From: an uncultured bacterium
GTDB taxonomy: Bacteria; Patescibacteriota; Patescibacteriia; SG8-24; DYFX01
Reading direction: 5' to 3'
Assembly (NCBI GenBank): GCA_937900255.1
Contig: CALCDZ010000001.1
Location: 57,988 to 121,987 of the forward strand
DNA length: 64,000 nt
This document shows positions 9,501-18,656 of the stretch, one piece after another (within the stretch, counting starts at the first letter, position 1; the number at the start of each line of letters is the position of its first letter). The notes beneath the pieces were generated by a model. It did not search any database. It was not told the origin of the DNA and saw nothing but the letters and a program-made list of their open reading frames with translations. The translations under genes and the position numbers were made by a program.

Positions 9501-10418
9501 ATGGACGACATCAACCTGCTCACGGGCGCTCATGCGCCGAAAGAAACCAAATCCGGCGTCCGTCCTTCTCCGACTCCGAGCGAGGATGAAATGGCCCTGC
9601 ATGTGCCGGAACCTGATCCTGGCGCGCCCGAACCTCCACCCGCCGATTTCCTGAAGCCCGAATCCGCCATATCCGGAAAAAAAAAGGAGCCTGATGCCCC
9701 CGCGGCGACCGTGCGCGAACCCGCTCTGGCGCGACCGTCCGTGAAGATGTCCGAACCGGCCGTGGCTGCCTCCGTACCGCCCATCGAAGAAGCCGGCGGA
9801 GGGACGCTGCGGGTAAGCCTGATCACGACCGGATCCGAAGCCGGTTTCTCGGAAATCGCGCTCAATCGGCGTCTCAGGTCTTTTGCCTTGGTCGGCGTGG
9901 CGGGACTTCTCGTCGATGCGCTGATTTTCGGCGGCCTGACCTTCCGACAGATCCAGGTGGAAGCACGGAACGCCGATATCGATCGTCAGGTGAAGGACGT
10001 CGATGCGCAGATCGCCGCGCGCGAAAAGGCGCTTTTCCCGGCGCGGGATTTCCAACAGTTGATCCGCGCCGAACAGTCGGTGCTGGAGAACCACGCGCAT
10101 TGGAGCGGGGTCCTCAGGCTCCTTGAGGAAACGGCCTTGCCGCAGGTGCAGTTCGGCGGGCTGTCCGGAGCGGAATCGGGTACCCTTAACTTCGAGGTCT
10201 TCGCCCGCGACTACACGACGCTGGCGAAACAGATCGTGGCGTTCCGCCAGGATTCCAGGGTGAGGAAGGTCGTCTCGGGGACGGCCTCCGCGGATTTCGG
10301 GGAAAACGACCTGCTGAAAGGCGTCCGTGCGGAGATGACCTTGACCGTCGACCCCGACGTCTTCAAATACGCGCCGGAACGCGAGATCACCGGATCCGCC
10401 ACGGCCACGACATCCTGA
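9501..10418 (+). CDS. pilN: PilN-like pilus assembly protein with a long Pro/Ala-rich N-terminal insertion
   Basis: Starts MDDINLLTG (PilN-type INLL motif), has a single TM (FALVGVAGLLVDALIFGGL) then a coiled region. Lies immediately after pilM. Confidence 0.7.
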   Translation: MDDINLLTGAHAPKETKSGVRPSPTPSEDEMALHVPEPDPGAPEPPPADFLKPESAISGKKKEPDAPAATVREPALARPSVKMSEPAVAASVPPIEEAGGGTLRVSLITTGSEAGFSEIALNRRLRSFALVGVAGLLVDALIFGGLTFRQIQVEARNADIDRQVKDVDAQIAAREKALFPARDFQQLIRAEQSVLENHAHWSGVLRLLEETALPQVQFGGLSGAESGTLNFEVFARDYTTLAKQIVAFRQDSRVRKVVSGTASADFGENDLLKGVRAEMTLTVDPDVFKYAPEREITGSATATTS

Positions 10419-10428
10419 TGACTCTCCC

Positions 10429-11001
10429 GTGATTACCCTGACGAGAAGCAAAAGCGCGGTCTGGATCGCCCGGCATCTCCTGGTTTCCTGCCTGGTCCTT
10501 TTCTTGGTGCTGCTCGCATTGGGGTACGCATTTCTCTTCCGTCCCCGGATCGCCGCCGTCGTGGCTGCGGACCGCACCGCGCTCCTGGATGAGGAGCGCC
10601 GTTCGAAACAGGCATACCTGGCGAAGCTCGACGAGCTCGGGAAGCGCTACGACGCGTTCGACCATGAAGACGTCGATCGCGTCCGGAAGATGATCCCCGC
10701 CGATGAAGACGTTCCGGGGCTCCTGGCGATGCTCGAGGCTTCCGCCGTCGCGAGCGACGTCCAACTGACCGCCATCAACTTCGCCGCCAGCGACACGACC
10801 GGGTTGCCCGGCATCCAAGGGCTTTCGGCCGTCAACGTTTCCGTTTCCATCCAGCATGGCGACTACGGGCGTTTCAAGCTGTTCCTCGACGCGCTTGAAT
10901 CCAACCTGCGCATCTTCGACGTGCGCAGCGCCAGCATCAACCCGGGTTCCGCCACCTACTCCCTGACCATCCGCACCTATATTTGGGGTAAGCTCACATG
11001 A
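10429..11001 (+). CDS. pilO: PilO-like pilus assembly protein
   Basis: GTG start. N-terminal TM, then a coiled-coil, then a PilO-like C-terminal domain. Position between pilN and pilB. Confidence 0.65.
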   Translation: MITLTRSKSAVWIARHLLVSCLVLFLVLLALGYAFLFRPRIAAVVAADRTALLDEERRSKQAYLAKLDELGKRYDAFDHEDVDRVRKMIPADEDVPGLLAMLEASAVASDVQLTAINFAASDTTGLPGIQGLSAVNVSVSIQHGDYGRFKLFLDALESNLRIFDVRSASINPGSATYSLTIRTYIWGKLT

Positions 11002-11261
11002 CTATGCGGAAATTCACCAAGAGCCAAAAGCAGATGATGGTCCTCGCCGCGCTCCTCGTCGCGATCGTGGTCGTCTTGGCGATCTTCGTCTTCAAACCGA
11101 CGGTCGCGGTCCGCTCTCCGTACGTGCCGAAGGTCGTCGATACCCGCATCCCGGATGATCTCCTGCGGCAGCCCGAATACCGGAAGCTCAATCTGCCGGT
11201 CGAGCTTCCGTTGGTGCCGGGGCGCACGGGCAGGAGCAATCCTTTCGAACCGTACCGTTAA
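10998..11261 (+). CDS. small membrane protein, possibly PilP-like (R-N-P-F motif near C-terminus)
   Basis: 87 aa with an N-terminal TM helix and a C-terminal GRSNPFEPYR. ATGA overlap with pilO. The PilP assignment is tentative. Confidence 0.45.
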   Translation: MTMRKFTKSQKQMMVLAALLVAIVVVLAIFVFKPTVAVRSPYVPKVVDTRIPDDLLRQPEYRKLNLPVELPLVPGRTGRSNPFEPYR

Positions 11262-11270
11262 GAATCCTCC

Positions 11271-13025
11271 ATGCCTGTCGCCCTCAAGACCGCCGCCGGC
11301 CTGCTTGAACTGCTTGCCGGCCAGGGAAAACTCGGCAAGGAATCGTTCGTGGCGTTGTCCACGGAGTTTTCAGGACAAGACGCGCTCAACCTCGAGCGCG
11401 CGCTGGTCGAACGCAAGCTGGTGCAGGAAGAGGATCTCGCACGGGCGAAGGCCGAGGGGTTGGGAGTGGAGTTCGTCGATCTCATCGGCCGCCAGGTGGA
11501 TGCCGAAACGCTCAACATCATCCCGAAATCCGTGGCGGAAACGTATCAAGTGCTGGCCTATGAGCTTTCCGGCCCTTCGATCAAGATCGCCTACGTCGAT
11601 CCCTTGGATGCCGGCGCCGTCGAAGCGATCGGGTTCCTGACGGCCGAGCGCAACCTGCAGCCGATCCCCGGCATCATCACCCCGACGGCCTTCATGGCGG
11701 TCCTCAAGCAGTACGGCACCCTCAAGAGGGAGGTCGCGACGGCGCTCGAGACGGCCAAGGAAGAACGGGAACCGGAAAAGGAAGACCGGTTGGCGGGCGA
11801 GGAAGCCAGGATCGAGGAGGTCATCAAGGGCGCTCCGGTATCCCGCATCGTTTCCGTCATCATGCGGTATGCGGTCGAATCGAAGGCGTCCGACATCCAC
11901 ATCGAGCCGAAAGGCAAGGAAACGAGGGTGCGGTACCGCGTCGACGGGCTGCTCCGGACGCTGCTCACGCTGCCAGGCTATCTCCATGGATCGATCATCT
12001 CGCGCGTGAAGGTGCTCGCGAACCTCAAGCTCGACGAGACGCGCATCCCCCAGGACGGGCGCATCACCCAGGTCATCGGCGGCAAGAACATCGATTTCCG
12101 CATCTCCACCCTGCCGGTGGTCGACAACGAGAAAGTCGTCATGCGCGTGCTCGACACTTCCACGGGCGTGCCGAGCCTCGAGCAGCTCGGTTTCCGCGGG
12201 AAGTACCGCGAAGCCATGGAGCAGGAGATCCGCCGCCCGCACGGCATGATCCTGATCACCGGCCCGACCGGATCGGGCAAGTCGACGACGCTCCTGACCA
12301 TGCTCAGCATGATCAACGACGAAGGCATGAACATCTCGACCTTGGAGGACCCGGTCGAGTATTTCCTGCCCGGCGTCAACCAGTCCCAGGTGCGTCCCGA
12401 GATCAATTTCACCTTCGCGAACGGGCTGCGCGCGCTGCTCCGCCAGGATCCCAACGTCATCATGGTCGGCGAGATCCGCGATCGTGAGACGGGTGAACTG
12501 GCCGTCCATGCCGCGCTGACGGGTCACCTGATCTTGAGCACGATCCATACCAACGACGCCATCGGCGTGATCCCGCGCCTGAACGACCTCGGCGTCGAGG
12601 CGTTCCTGCTGTCCGCCACGCTCAACCTGATCATCGCGCAGCGGCTCGCCCGCAAGATCTGCGAGCACTGCAAGGAGCCGGCCGAAACGCCGGCCAATCT
12701 GGTGGAAACGGTACGCGAAACCCTCAAACGGATCCCCGCGGAGTATCATCCGGCCGGCCTTGATCCGGACGGCGTCCTGCCGTTCTTCAGGGGCAGGGGA
12801 TGCCCGCGTTGCAGCGACACCGGATACCTGGGGCGCACCGTCATCGCCGAGCTGATCGACGTCACGCCGGAAATCCAACGATTGATGAACGCCGGGTTCC
12901 CGACCGATCAAGTCAAAGCCGAAGTCGAACGGCAGGGCTGGATCACCATGAGACAGGACGCCATGTTGAAGGTCGTCGAAGGCGTCACTACGATTGACGA
13001 GGTCCTCCGCCTCGCGCGAGAATAG
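11271..13025 (+). CDS. pilB: type IV pilus extension ATPase PilB (GspE family)
   Basis: 584 aa with Walker A GPTGSGKST and an N-terminal GSPII_E_N-like region. Confidence 0.9.
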   Translation: MPVALKTAAGLLELLAGQGKLGKESFVALSTEFSGQDALNLERALVERKLVQEEDLARAKAEGLGVEFVDLIGRQVDAETLNIIPKSVAETYQVLAYELSGPSIKIAYVDPLDAGAVEAIGFLTAERNLQPIPGIITPTAFMAVLKQYGTLKREVATALETAKEEREPEKEDRLAGEEARIEEVIKGAPVSRIVSVIMRYAVESKASDIHIEPKGKETRVRYRVDGLLRTLLTLPGYLHGSIISRVKVLANLKLDETRIPQDGRITQVIGGKNIDFRISTLPVVDNEKVVMRVLDTSTGVPSLEQLGFRGKYREAMEQEIRRPHGMILITGPTGSGKSTTLLTMLSMINDEGMNISTLEDPVEYFLPGVNQSQVRPEINFTFANGLRALLRQDPNVIMVGEIRDRETGELAVHAALTGHLILSTIHTNDAIGVIPRLNDLGVEAFLLSATLNLIIAQRLARKICEHCKEPAETPANLVETVRETLKRIPAEYHPAGLDPDGVLPFFRGRGCPRCSDTGYLGRTVIAELIDVTPEIQRLMNAGFPTDQVKAEVERQGWITMRQDAMLKVVEGVTTIDEVLRLARE

Positions 13026-13032
13026 AACCACT

Positions 13033-13422
13033 ATGGCCGACGATCGAAAAAACGTGAAGATCCTGCTGGTGGAAGATGACGCGTTCCTGGCGGGAGTCTA
13101 CGCGACCAAGTTCGAACTCGAGGGTTTTTCCGTCCTCCTGGCTTCGGATGGCGAGCAGGGGCTGAAGATGGCCGAGAAGCACGTGCCGGACCTCGTCCTG
13201 CTGGATATCCTCATGCCGAAGATGGACGGATTCGAGATGCTGCATCGCATCAAGCTCGACCCTAAGCTTGAGCATATTCCCGTCGTGATGCTGACCAATC
13301 TCGGGCAGAAGGAGGATGTCGAGCGTTGCCTGAAGGACGGCGCGGCCGACTACCTCATCAAGGCCCATTTCGTGCCGGGCGAAGCGGTCAAGAAGGTCAA
13401 GCGGATATTGAATCTGAAGTGA
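13033..13422 (+). CDS. single-domain response regulator (CheY/PilH-like receiver)
   Basis: KILLVEDD...LLDILMPKMDGFE...DYLIKA receiver motifs. Embedded between pilB and pilC. Confidence 0.8.
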   Translation: MADDRKNVKILLVEDDAFLAGVYATKFELEGFSVLLASDGEQGLKMAEKHVPDLVLLDILMPKMDGFEMLHRIKLDPKLEHIPVVMLTNLGQKEDVERCLKDGAADYLIKAHFVPGEAVKKVKRILNLK

Positions 13423-13425
13423 CGC

Positions 13426-14634
13426 ATGCCGATTTTCAGTTATAAGGTCAAGGACGCGCGCGGCGCCCAGCTCGATGGGGCGGTCGAAGCGGTCGACGAG
13501 ACCCAGGCATCGGAAGTCCTGCGCGAGCGCGGGTATCAGGTCATCTCCGTCATCGCGCGCGAGGAACCTTCGGTCGGCAACATGCGCTTCACGTTCCTTC
13601 AGCGCGTGACGCCCAAGGACGTCGTCGTCTTTTCGCGCCAGCTTTCGGTCATGGTCGGCGCCTCCGTCGCCATCGTCCGCGCGCTTCGCACGAGCGCGCG
13701 GCAGACGAGCAACTCCAAGCTTCGGGCCATTGTGCTGGACATCGCCAACGAAGTCGAAGGGGGCGTGCGCCTGTCGGAGGCGTTCAACAAGCACCCGCGC
13801 GTCTTCGGCAGCTTTTACGTCAACATGATCCGCTCCGGCGAGACGACCGGCAAGCTGGATGATGTCCTCCTGTACCTTGCCGAGCAGCAGGAAAAGGATT
13901 ACGACCTGCGGCAGCGGGTGCGCGGCGCGATGACGTACCCTATCTTCGTCCTCGCGATGCTTTTCGCGGTCGGCACGGTCATGATGATCTTCGTCGTCCC
14001 GAAACTGACCGCCGTGCTGTCCGAGTCCGGCGTCGGACTGCCGGTCTCCACGCGCATCCTGATCGCCGTGAGCGATGTCTTCGTCAACTTCTGGTACCTG
14101 ATCGTGGGCGGCGTCCTCGGCGCCGTCCTCGGCGTGCGCGCGGCGTATCGCACGCCGGTCGGACGGCGCATTTTCGACGGTTTCGTCCTGCGCCTGCCGG
14201 TGTTCGGCTCCCTGCTGCGCCGGATCTACATGACCCGCATCACGCATAGCCTTTCGACCTTGATCGAAGGCGGCGTCGATATGGTCACGAGCCTGAAGAT
14301 CGTCTCCGGCATCGTCGGCAACGAGGTCTATCGCGAGACGCTCGTGAGGACGGTGCAGGAAGTCGCGGCCGGGAACTCCATGACGACCGTCTGGAAAGGC
14401 AACAAGGCGATCCCGGACATGGTCACCCAGATGGTGGCGGTCGGGGAGGAGAGCGGAAAGCTGCAGCAGGTCCTCGAGCGGCTGACGGATTTTTATACCC
14501 GCGAAGTCAACGCTTCCGTCGCGAACCTCTCGACCGCCATCGAGCCGATCATCATGGTCGTCATGGGCGTCGCCGTCGGGGGCCTGGTCTCGGCCATCAT
14601 CTTGCCGATGTACACGTTAGCCCAACAGATGTGA
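13426..14634 (+). CDS. pilC: type IV pilus inner-membrane platform protein PilC (GspF family)
   Basis: 402 aa with two T2SSF-like repeats and three TM segments. Confidence 0.9.
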   Translation: MPIFSYKVKDARGAQLDGAVEAVDETQASEVLRERGYQVISVIAREEPSVGNMRFTFLQRVTPKDVVVFSRQLSVMVGASVAIVRALRTSARQTSNSKLRAIVLDIANEVEGGVRLSEAFNKHPRVFGSFYVNMIRSGETTGKLDDVLLYLAEQQEKDYDLRQRVRGAMTYPIFVLAMLFAVGTVMMIFVVPKLTAVLSESGVGLPVSTRILIAVSDVFVNFWYLIVGGVLGAVLGVRAAYRTPVGRRIFDGFVLRLPVFGSLLRRIYMTRITHSLSTLIEGGVDMVTSLKIVSGIVGNEVYRETLVRTVQEVAAGNSMTTVWKGNKAIPDMVTQMVAVGEESGKLQQVLERLTDFYTREVNASVANLSTAIEPIIMVVMGVAVGGLVSAIILPMYTLAQQM

Positions 14635-15008
14635 ACAAGGGCATGAGCGCGCTTGGCGCCGTATCTTCCGTGGCGGTCATCATCCTGGTCTCAGCCTTGA
14701 TGTTCTTGGGCGTGCGCGACCAGCAGCGTCGTTCGCGGGACGCGCAGACGGTGTCGCGCGTCCGCCAGATGCAAGCGGAAATCGAGAGATATCGCGCCAG
14801 GACCGCCTCGTATCCGTCCGCGGTCTCCGAACTCGGTACCGCAGGAGCGGACGGCTTCGGGTATCAAGCCGAGCCGTCGGGGTGCGGCGTCGACCGTCTC
14901 GAATCTTGCCGAAGCTACCTCTTGCGGTTCCGCTTGGAAGGCGACGTCGGTACGCTCGCCGGGAAAAATTGCGTCGCAAAACCCCTGGAGCTCTCGTGCT
15001 CCCGCTGA
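14631..15008 (+). CDS. pilin-like protein lacking a canonical prepilin (G/FTLIE) cleavage motif
   Basis: A hydrophobic N-terminal helix is followed by RDQQRRSRDAQTVSRVRQMQ, which parallels the NSARQRSRDAKRVSDI segment of the downstream pilins. There is no G-F-T-L-I-E. GTG at 14631 overlaps the pilC stop; an alternative ATG is at 14643. Confidence 0.45.
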   Translation: MNKGMSALGAVSSVAVIILVSALMFLGVRDQQRRSRDAQTVSRVRQMQAEIERYRARTASYPSAVSELGTAGADGFGYQAEPSGCGVDRLESCRSYLLRFRLEGDVGTLAGKNCVAKPLELSCSR

Positions 15009-15022
15009 AAGCGTGCTAGACT

Positions 15023-15046
15023 GTGGATAATCTCCTTTGAATATTC
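15023..15046 (+). promoter_or_regulatory. candidate pilin promoter region
   Basis: TGTGGATAAT and TTGAATATT -10-like elements lie 20-43 nt upstream of the first pilin ATG (15066). The choice between them is ambiguous. Confidence 0.3.
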
Positions 15047-15065
15047 CCGTAAACTTCCTCATCAT

Positions 15066-15548
15066 ATGATTGAGCCGCGGCGACGAAAAGCCGGCTTCAC
15101 CCTCATCGAGCTGCTGGTCGTCATCGCCATCATCGGCCTGCTCTCCACCCTGGCCGTGGTCGCCCTCAACAGCGCCCGTCAGCGTTCCCGCGACGCCAAG
15201 CGCGTGTCCGACATCAGCCAGATCCAGACGGCCTTCGAGCTGGCGTTCTCCGAAGTCGGGAACTATCCCACGGCATCAGGCCTCGTGTTGGGAGGGACTT
15301 CCTCCAAGGTGTTCTGCAATGTCGGCAATGCCCCGACGTTCCAGGCGACGGCATCAGGTTGCAGCACGGTCTACATGGGGCTCGTTCCGAGCAATCCCTC
15401 GCCGAACGGTGCCGACTACGTCTATACCAGCGCGACGGCATCAGGGCTTTACTCGCTGACCTTCACCTTGGAAGGCGCGACCGGACAGCTCGCGGCAGGC
15501 GCCAACTGCGCCAACCAGAACGGCATCCAGGCCGGTTCCAGCTGCTGA
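15066..15548 (+). CDS. pilA: type IV pilin (class III signal peptide)
   Basis: MIEPRRRKAGFTLIELLVVIAIIGLL shows the prepilin peptidase site G|FTLIE. Confidence 0.85.
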   Translation: MIEPRRRKAGFTLIELLVVIAIIGLLSTLAVVALNSARQRSRDAKRVSDISQIQTAFELAFSEVGNYPTASGLVLGGTSSKVFCNVGNAPTFQATASGCSTVYMGLVPSNPSPNGADYVYTSATASGLYSLTFTLEGATGQLAAGANCANQNGIQAGSSC

Positions 15549-15586
15549 CCACGTTTACTAAGTCTTAGGAAGACGCATCTTCATCT

Positions 15587-16060
15587 ATGAAGCGTTCCCA
15601 ATCGGGTTTCACCCTCATCGAGCTCTTGGTCGTCATCGCCATCATCGGCTTGCTCTCCACCCTGGCCGTGGTCGCTCTCAACAGCGCCCGTCAGCGCTCC
15701 CGTGACGCCAAGCGCGTGTCCGACATCCGCCAGGTCCAGACCGCGCTCGAGCTCGGCTTCTCCGAGACGAATAACTACCCGGTCGGTTCTGCGGTCGCCC
15801 TGGGCGGCGCGTCGACCAAAGTCCTGTGCAACGTCGCGAACGCGGCCACGTTCCAGGCTACGTCCGCCGGCTGCGGCACGATCTACATGGGTCTTGTCCC
15901 GACCAACCCGACGCCGAACGGTGCCGACTACGTCTATACCAGCGCTTCCGCCTCCGGCGCGTACTCGATCACCTTCACCCTTGAAGGCGCGACCGGACAG
16001 CTCGCGGCAGGCACCAACTGCGCCAACCAGAACGGCATCCAGGCCGGTTCCAGCTGCTGA
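15587..16060 (+). CDS. pilA: type IV pilin, tandem paralog of the preceding gene
   Basis: MKRSQSGFTLIELLVVIAIIGLL. Long stretches are identical at nucleotide level to 15066-15548 at the N- and C-terminal ends. RBS AGGAAG lies upstream. Confidence 0.85.
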   Translation: MKRSQSGFTLIELLVVIAIIGLLSTLAVVALNSARQRSRDAKRVSDIRQVQTALELGFSETNNYPVGSAVALGGASTKVLCNVANAATFQATSAGCGTIYMGLVPTNPTPNGADYVYTSASASGAYSITFTLEGATGQLAAGTNCANQNGIQAGSSC

Positions 16061-16085
16061 GGCTTGAACGGCGGCGGAAAACGGA

Positions 16086-16117
16086 CCCCCGCACCTCGCG
16101 TGCGGGGGTTTCGTGTT
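16086..16117 (+). terminator. rho-independent terminator after the tandem pilin genes
   Basis: CCCCCGCAC-CTCGC-GTGCGGGGG, a 9-bp GC stem, followed by TTTCGTGTT. Confidence 0.6.
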
Positions 16118-16135
16118 ATACTGGTGGCGTCGTTC

Positions 16136-16681
16136 ATGAGCCTTGTCCCGCTTATGCCTTATCACGAAAAAACCGAAGCTTTCACCCTCATCGAGCTCTT
16201 GGTCGTCATCGCCATCATCGGCCTGCTCGCGACCGTGACGGCCGTCTCCGTCAATGCGGCGCGCGCCAAGTCACGTGATTCCAAACGCGTGTCCGACATG
16301 AAGCAGATACAGAAGGCGTTGGAGCTCTCCTATGAGCCAGGCTCCGGCTATCCGGTCGTAAGCGCTCCGGTCACGATCGGGACGCCGTCGACCGACGTGC
16401 TTTGCGCCAAGGGGGCGAGCACGGGATTCGTCGCCGATACGACGGCCGCCAACTGCGACGCCGGAAAGGTCTTCATGGGACTGGTCCCTGGCAACGCCGT
16501 TCCGGGCGGAACGGCCTATACCTACAGGAGCACCGATGCCAACGGCGCCGCCTGCACGACGGCTCCCTGCAACGGCTATTGTCTGCAGGCCAACCTGGAA
16601 ACGGGCTTGCCTCAAGGCGGACTGGCGGCCGGCGGGATCATCGGCAACCAGACCGCCCTCAAGAACGGCACATGCCCATGA
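16136..16681 (+). CDS. type IV pilin (third, divergent paralog)
   Basis: ...KTEAFTLIELLVVIAIIGLLATV. An alternative start is at 16154. Preceded by the terminator hairpin and TATACT at 16116-16121. Confidence 0.75.
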   Translation: MSLVPLMPYHEKTEAFTLIELLVVIAIIGLLATVTAVSVNAARAKSRDSKRVSDMKQIQKALELSYEPGSGYPVVSAPVTIGTPSTDVLCAKGASTGFVADTTAANCDAGKVFMGLVPGNAVPGGTAYTYRSTDANGAACTTAPCNGYCLQANLETGLPQGGLAAGGIIGNQTALKNGTCP

Positions 16682-17457
16682 TGGCAGCCCTGATCATCAG
16701 CGCGCTGCTGGGCCTCGTGATCGGCAGTTTCCTGAACGTTGTCATCTGTCGCTTGCGTTCAGGGGAGTCGGGCTGGAGAAGCCGTTCGCGATGCCCGGAG
16801 TGCCGCACGACGCTCCGACCTTCGGAACTCGTCCCTGTCGTCAGTTTCCTGATGCTGCGCGGGCGATGCCGTTCCTGCCGCAAGACGATTTCCTGGCAGT
16901 ACCCCGCCGTCGAGCTTTCGACAGCGGTACTTTTCGTGTCTGCATACCTGTCCCATGGCGGTGCCGGCATCACGGGGCTTGGCGCGTGGCTTCCGATCCT
17001 GAGGGACTGGTTATTCATCGCCGGCCTGACCGTGGTCTTCGTCATCGATCTTCTGGACATGGTCGTCTTCGATTCCGTCACGATCCCGATGGCCGCGATC
17101 GCGTTCTTCCTCAACTGGGCCGCCGGAAGCCGTCCGCTCGGCTTGGTCCTGGCGGCGGCGGTCGGGGGAGGTTTCTTCCTGGCGCAATACCTGGTTTCGC
17201 GGGGCAGATGGATCGGCGGCGGGGACATCCGCATCGGTGCGATGATGGGGTTCATGTTGGGGTTTCCCGGCATCCTGCTGGCGCTTTTCTTTTCGTACGT
17301 GAGCGGCGCCATCGTCGCGGTCTCCCTGCTTTCCGCCGGAAAGGCGAAGTGGACGAGCCAGATGGCGTTTGGGACCTTCTTGAGCCTTGGGACGGTTTTC
17401 ACTTTGTTTTTCGGCCGGTTCGTGCTGTCATGGTATGCGGGCCTCTTGGGTGCGTGA
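16672..17457 (+). CDS. pilD: prepilin peptidase PilD (A24 family)
   Basis: N-terminal tetra-Cys (CPECRT...CRSCRK), multiple TM segments, and a GGGDIRIGAMMG-type motif. The start overlaps the pilin stop. Confidence 0.85.
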   Translation: MPMMAALIISALLGLVIGSFLNVVICRLRSGESGWRSRSRCPECRTTLRPSELVPVVSFLMLRGRCRSCRKTISWQYPAVELSTAVLFVSAYLSHGGAGITGLGAWLPILRDWLFIAGLTVVFVIDLLDMVVFDSVTIPMAAIAFFLNWAAGSRPLGLVLAAAVGGGFFLAQYLVSRGRWIGGGDIRIGAMMGFMLGFPGILLALFFSYVSGAIVAVSLLSAGKAKWTSQMAFGTFLSLGTVFTLFFGRFVLSWYAGLLGA

Positions 17458-18061
17458 GGGAGCCCGGAGCGGCTTCACGCTCGTCGAGTTCCTGGTCTCG
17501 ATCGCCATCATCGGCGTCATGACCGGGATGATGATGGCGAACTTCCATGGCGGGCAGCAGAGTTCCGAAATCCGATTATCGGCCGACCTGCTCGTCTCGC
17601 AACTGAGGTCGATCCAGACTTCCAGTTACTCCGGCCGCCTCGTGGCCGTCTGCAGCGGAGGTTCGAACGACCTCGCCGTCTGCGAACCGGGCAGCGGATC
17701 GGCCCTGGGCTGTCCTGGCGGCATCTGTCAAAAGCGCGTGCCGAGCGGCTACGGGGTCCATTTCAATGCGGGATCGGCCTCTGAGTATACGCTGTTCTAC
17801 GACACCGACGGCGACAAGCGTTATGAGGCGGGGGAGCGGGCGTACGGCGTCCCGTTCGTCTCGAGCGGTACCGTCCGACTGACCGATTCGAGCGCCGGGT
17901 TGCCGCTCGATCTGGTCTACGTCCCGCCCTACGGCCAGTTGTACGTCAACGGTTCCGCATCGGGAACCGTCACGGTGACGCTCACGCTCGGTCATCGGTA
18001 TGGAGGGCTCATCCGGCACGTCAATATCCACCGGCTTTCAGGGAAAATCGATCATGACTAG
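17435..18061 (+). CDS. minor pilin / pseudopilin
   Basis: SGFTLVEFLVSIAIIGVM prepilin motif. A possible GTG start at 17450 would give the leader MREGARSG. Confidence 0.7.
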   Translation: MRASWVREGARSGFTLVEFLVSIAIIGVMTGMMMANFHGGQQSSEIRLSADLLVSQLRSIQTSSYSGRLVAVCSGGSNDLAVCEPGSGSALGCPGGICQKRVPSGYGVHFNAGSASEYTLFYDTDGDKRYEAGERAYGVPFVSSGTVRLTDSSAGLPLDLVYVPPYGQLYVNGSASGTVTVTLTLGHRYGGLIRHVNIHRLSGKIDHD

Positions 18062-18656
18062 AAACGTCCCGCGCGGACAATCCTTCATCGAGGCGATGGT
18101 GGCGATCGGCGTCATCATCTCTTCGGTTTCCAGCTCGCTGGCGCTGGTGCAGTCCTCGATCACGGCCACGACGAAAGGCGGCGCGCAGGTCGTCGCCGCC
18201 AATCTGGCGCGCGAGGGTGTGGAAGTGGTCCGCGCGGCGCGCGACACGAATTGGCTCAAGGGCCGGGGATTCCAAGTCGGCTTGATCGACCCCGGCGGCG
18301 ACAAGACCGTCCGTCCGATCCTCGACAGGGCCGCCGGCACGTGGACGCTCTCGTTCCTCCCCACGTCGCTTTCATCTTCGAACGCCGACGTTTACGTCAC
18401 GGATGAAGGCCTCTATCTGCAGGCGGACGCTCAACCGAGCGGCAGCGCGGTCAGCCCGTACGCGCGCACGGTCACGCTGCTGCATCTCTGCCGGGACGAC
18501 GCATCGGGGACGGAGCGTGCGGTCGGAGGGTCCGGGACGTGCTCTGGGTCCGAGACGTTGGTCGGCCTGCTGGTCGATTCCGACGTCCGGTGGCGCGGTG
18601 TCGGAGGCCGGTTTCAGACGTTGACGGTCGAAGAACGCCTCTATGATTGGCGCTAG
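18054..18656 (+). CDS. minor pilin / pseudopilin
   Basis: MTRNVPRGQSFIEAMVAIGVI (G|QSFIE with E at +5). Overlaps neighbouring genes. Confidence 0.65.
   Translation: MTRNVPRGQSFIEAMVAIGVIISSVSSSLALVQSSITATTKGGAQVVAANLAREGVEVVRAARDTNWLKGRGFQVGLIDPGGDKTVRPILDRAAGTWTLSFLPTSLSSSNADVYVTDEGLYLQADAQPSGSAVSPYARTVTLLHLCRDDASGTERAVGGSGTCSGSETLVGLLVDSDVRWRGVGGRFQTLTVEERLYDWR

Noticed and set aside
16402-16671. Long upstream extension of the pilD ORF (start at 16402)
   Set aside because: It overlaps the third pilin gene in another frame. PilD's conserved N-terminus begins at MPMMAALIIS, adjacent to the pilin stop.
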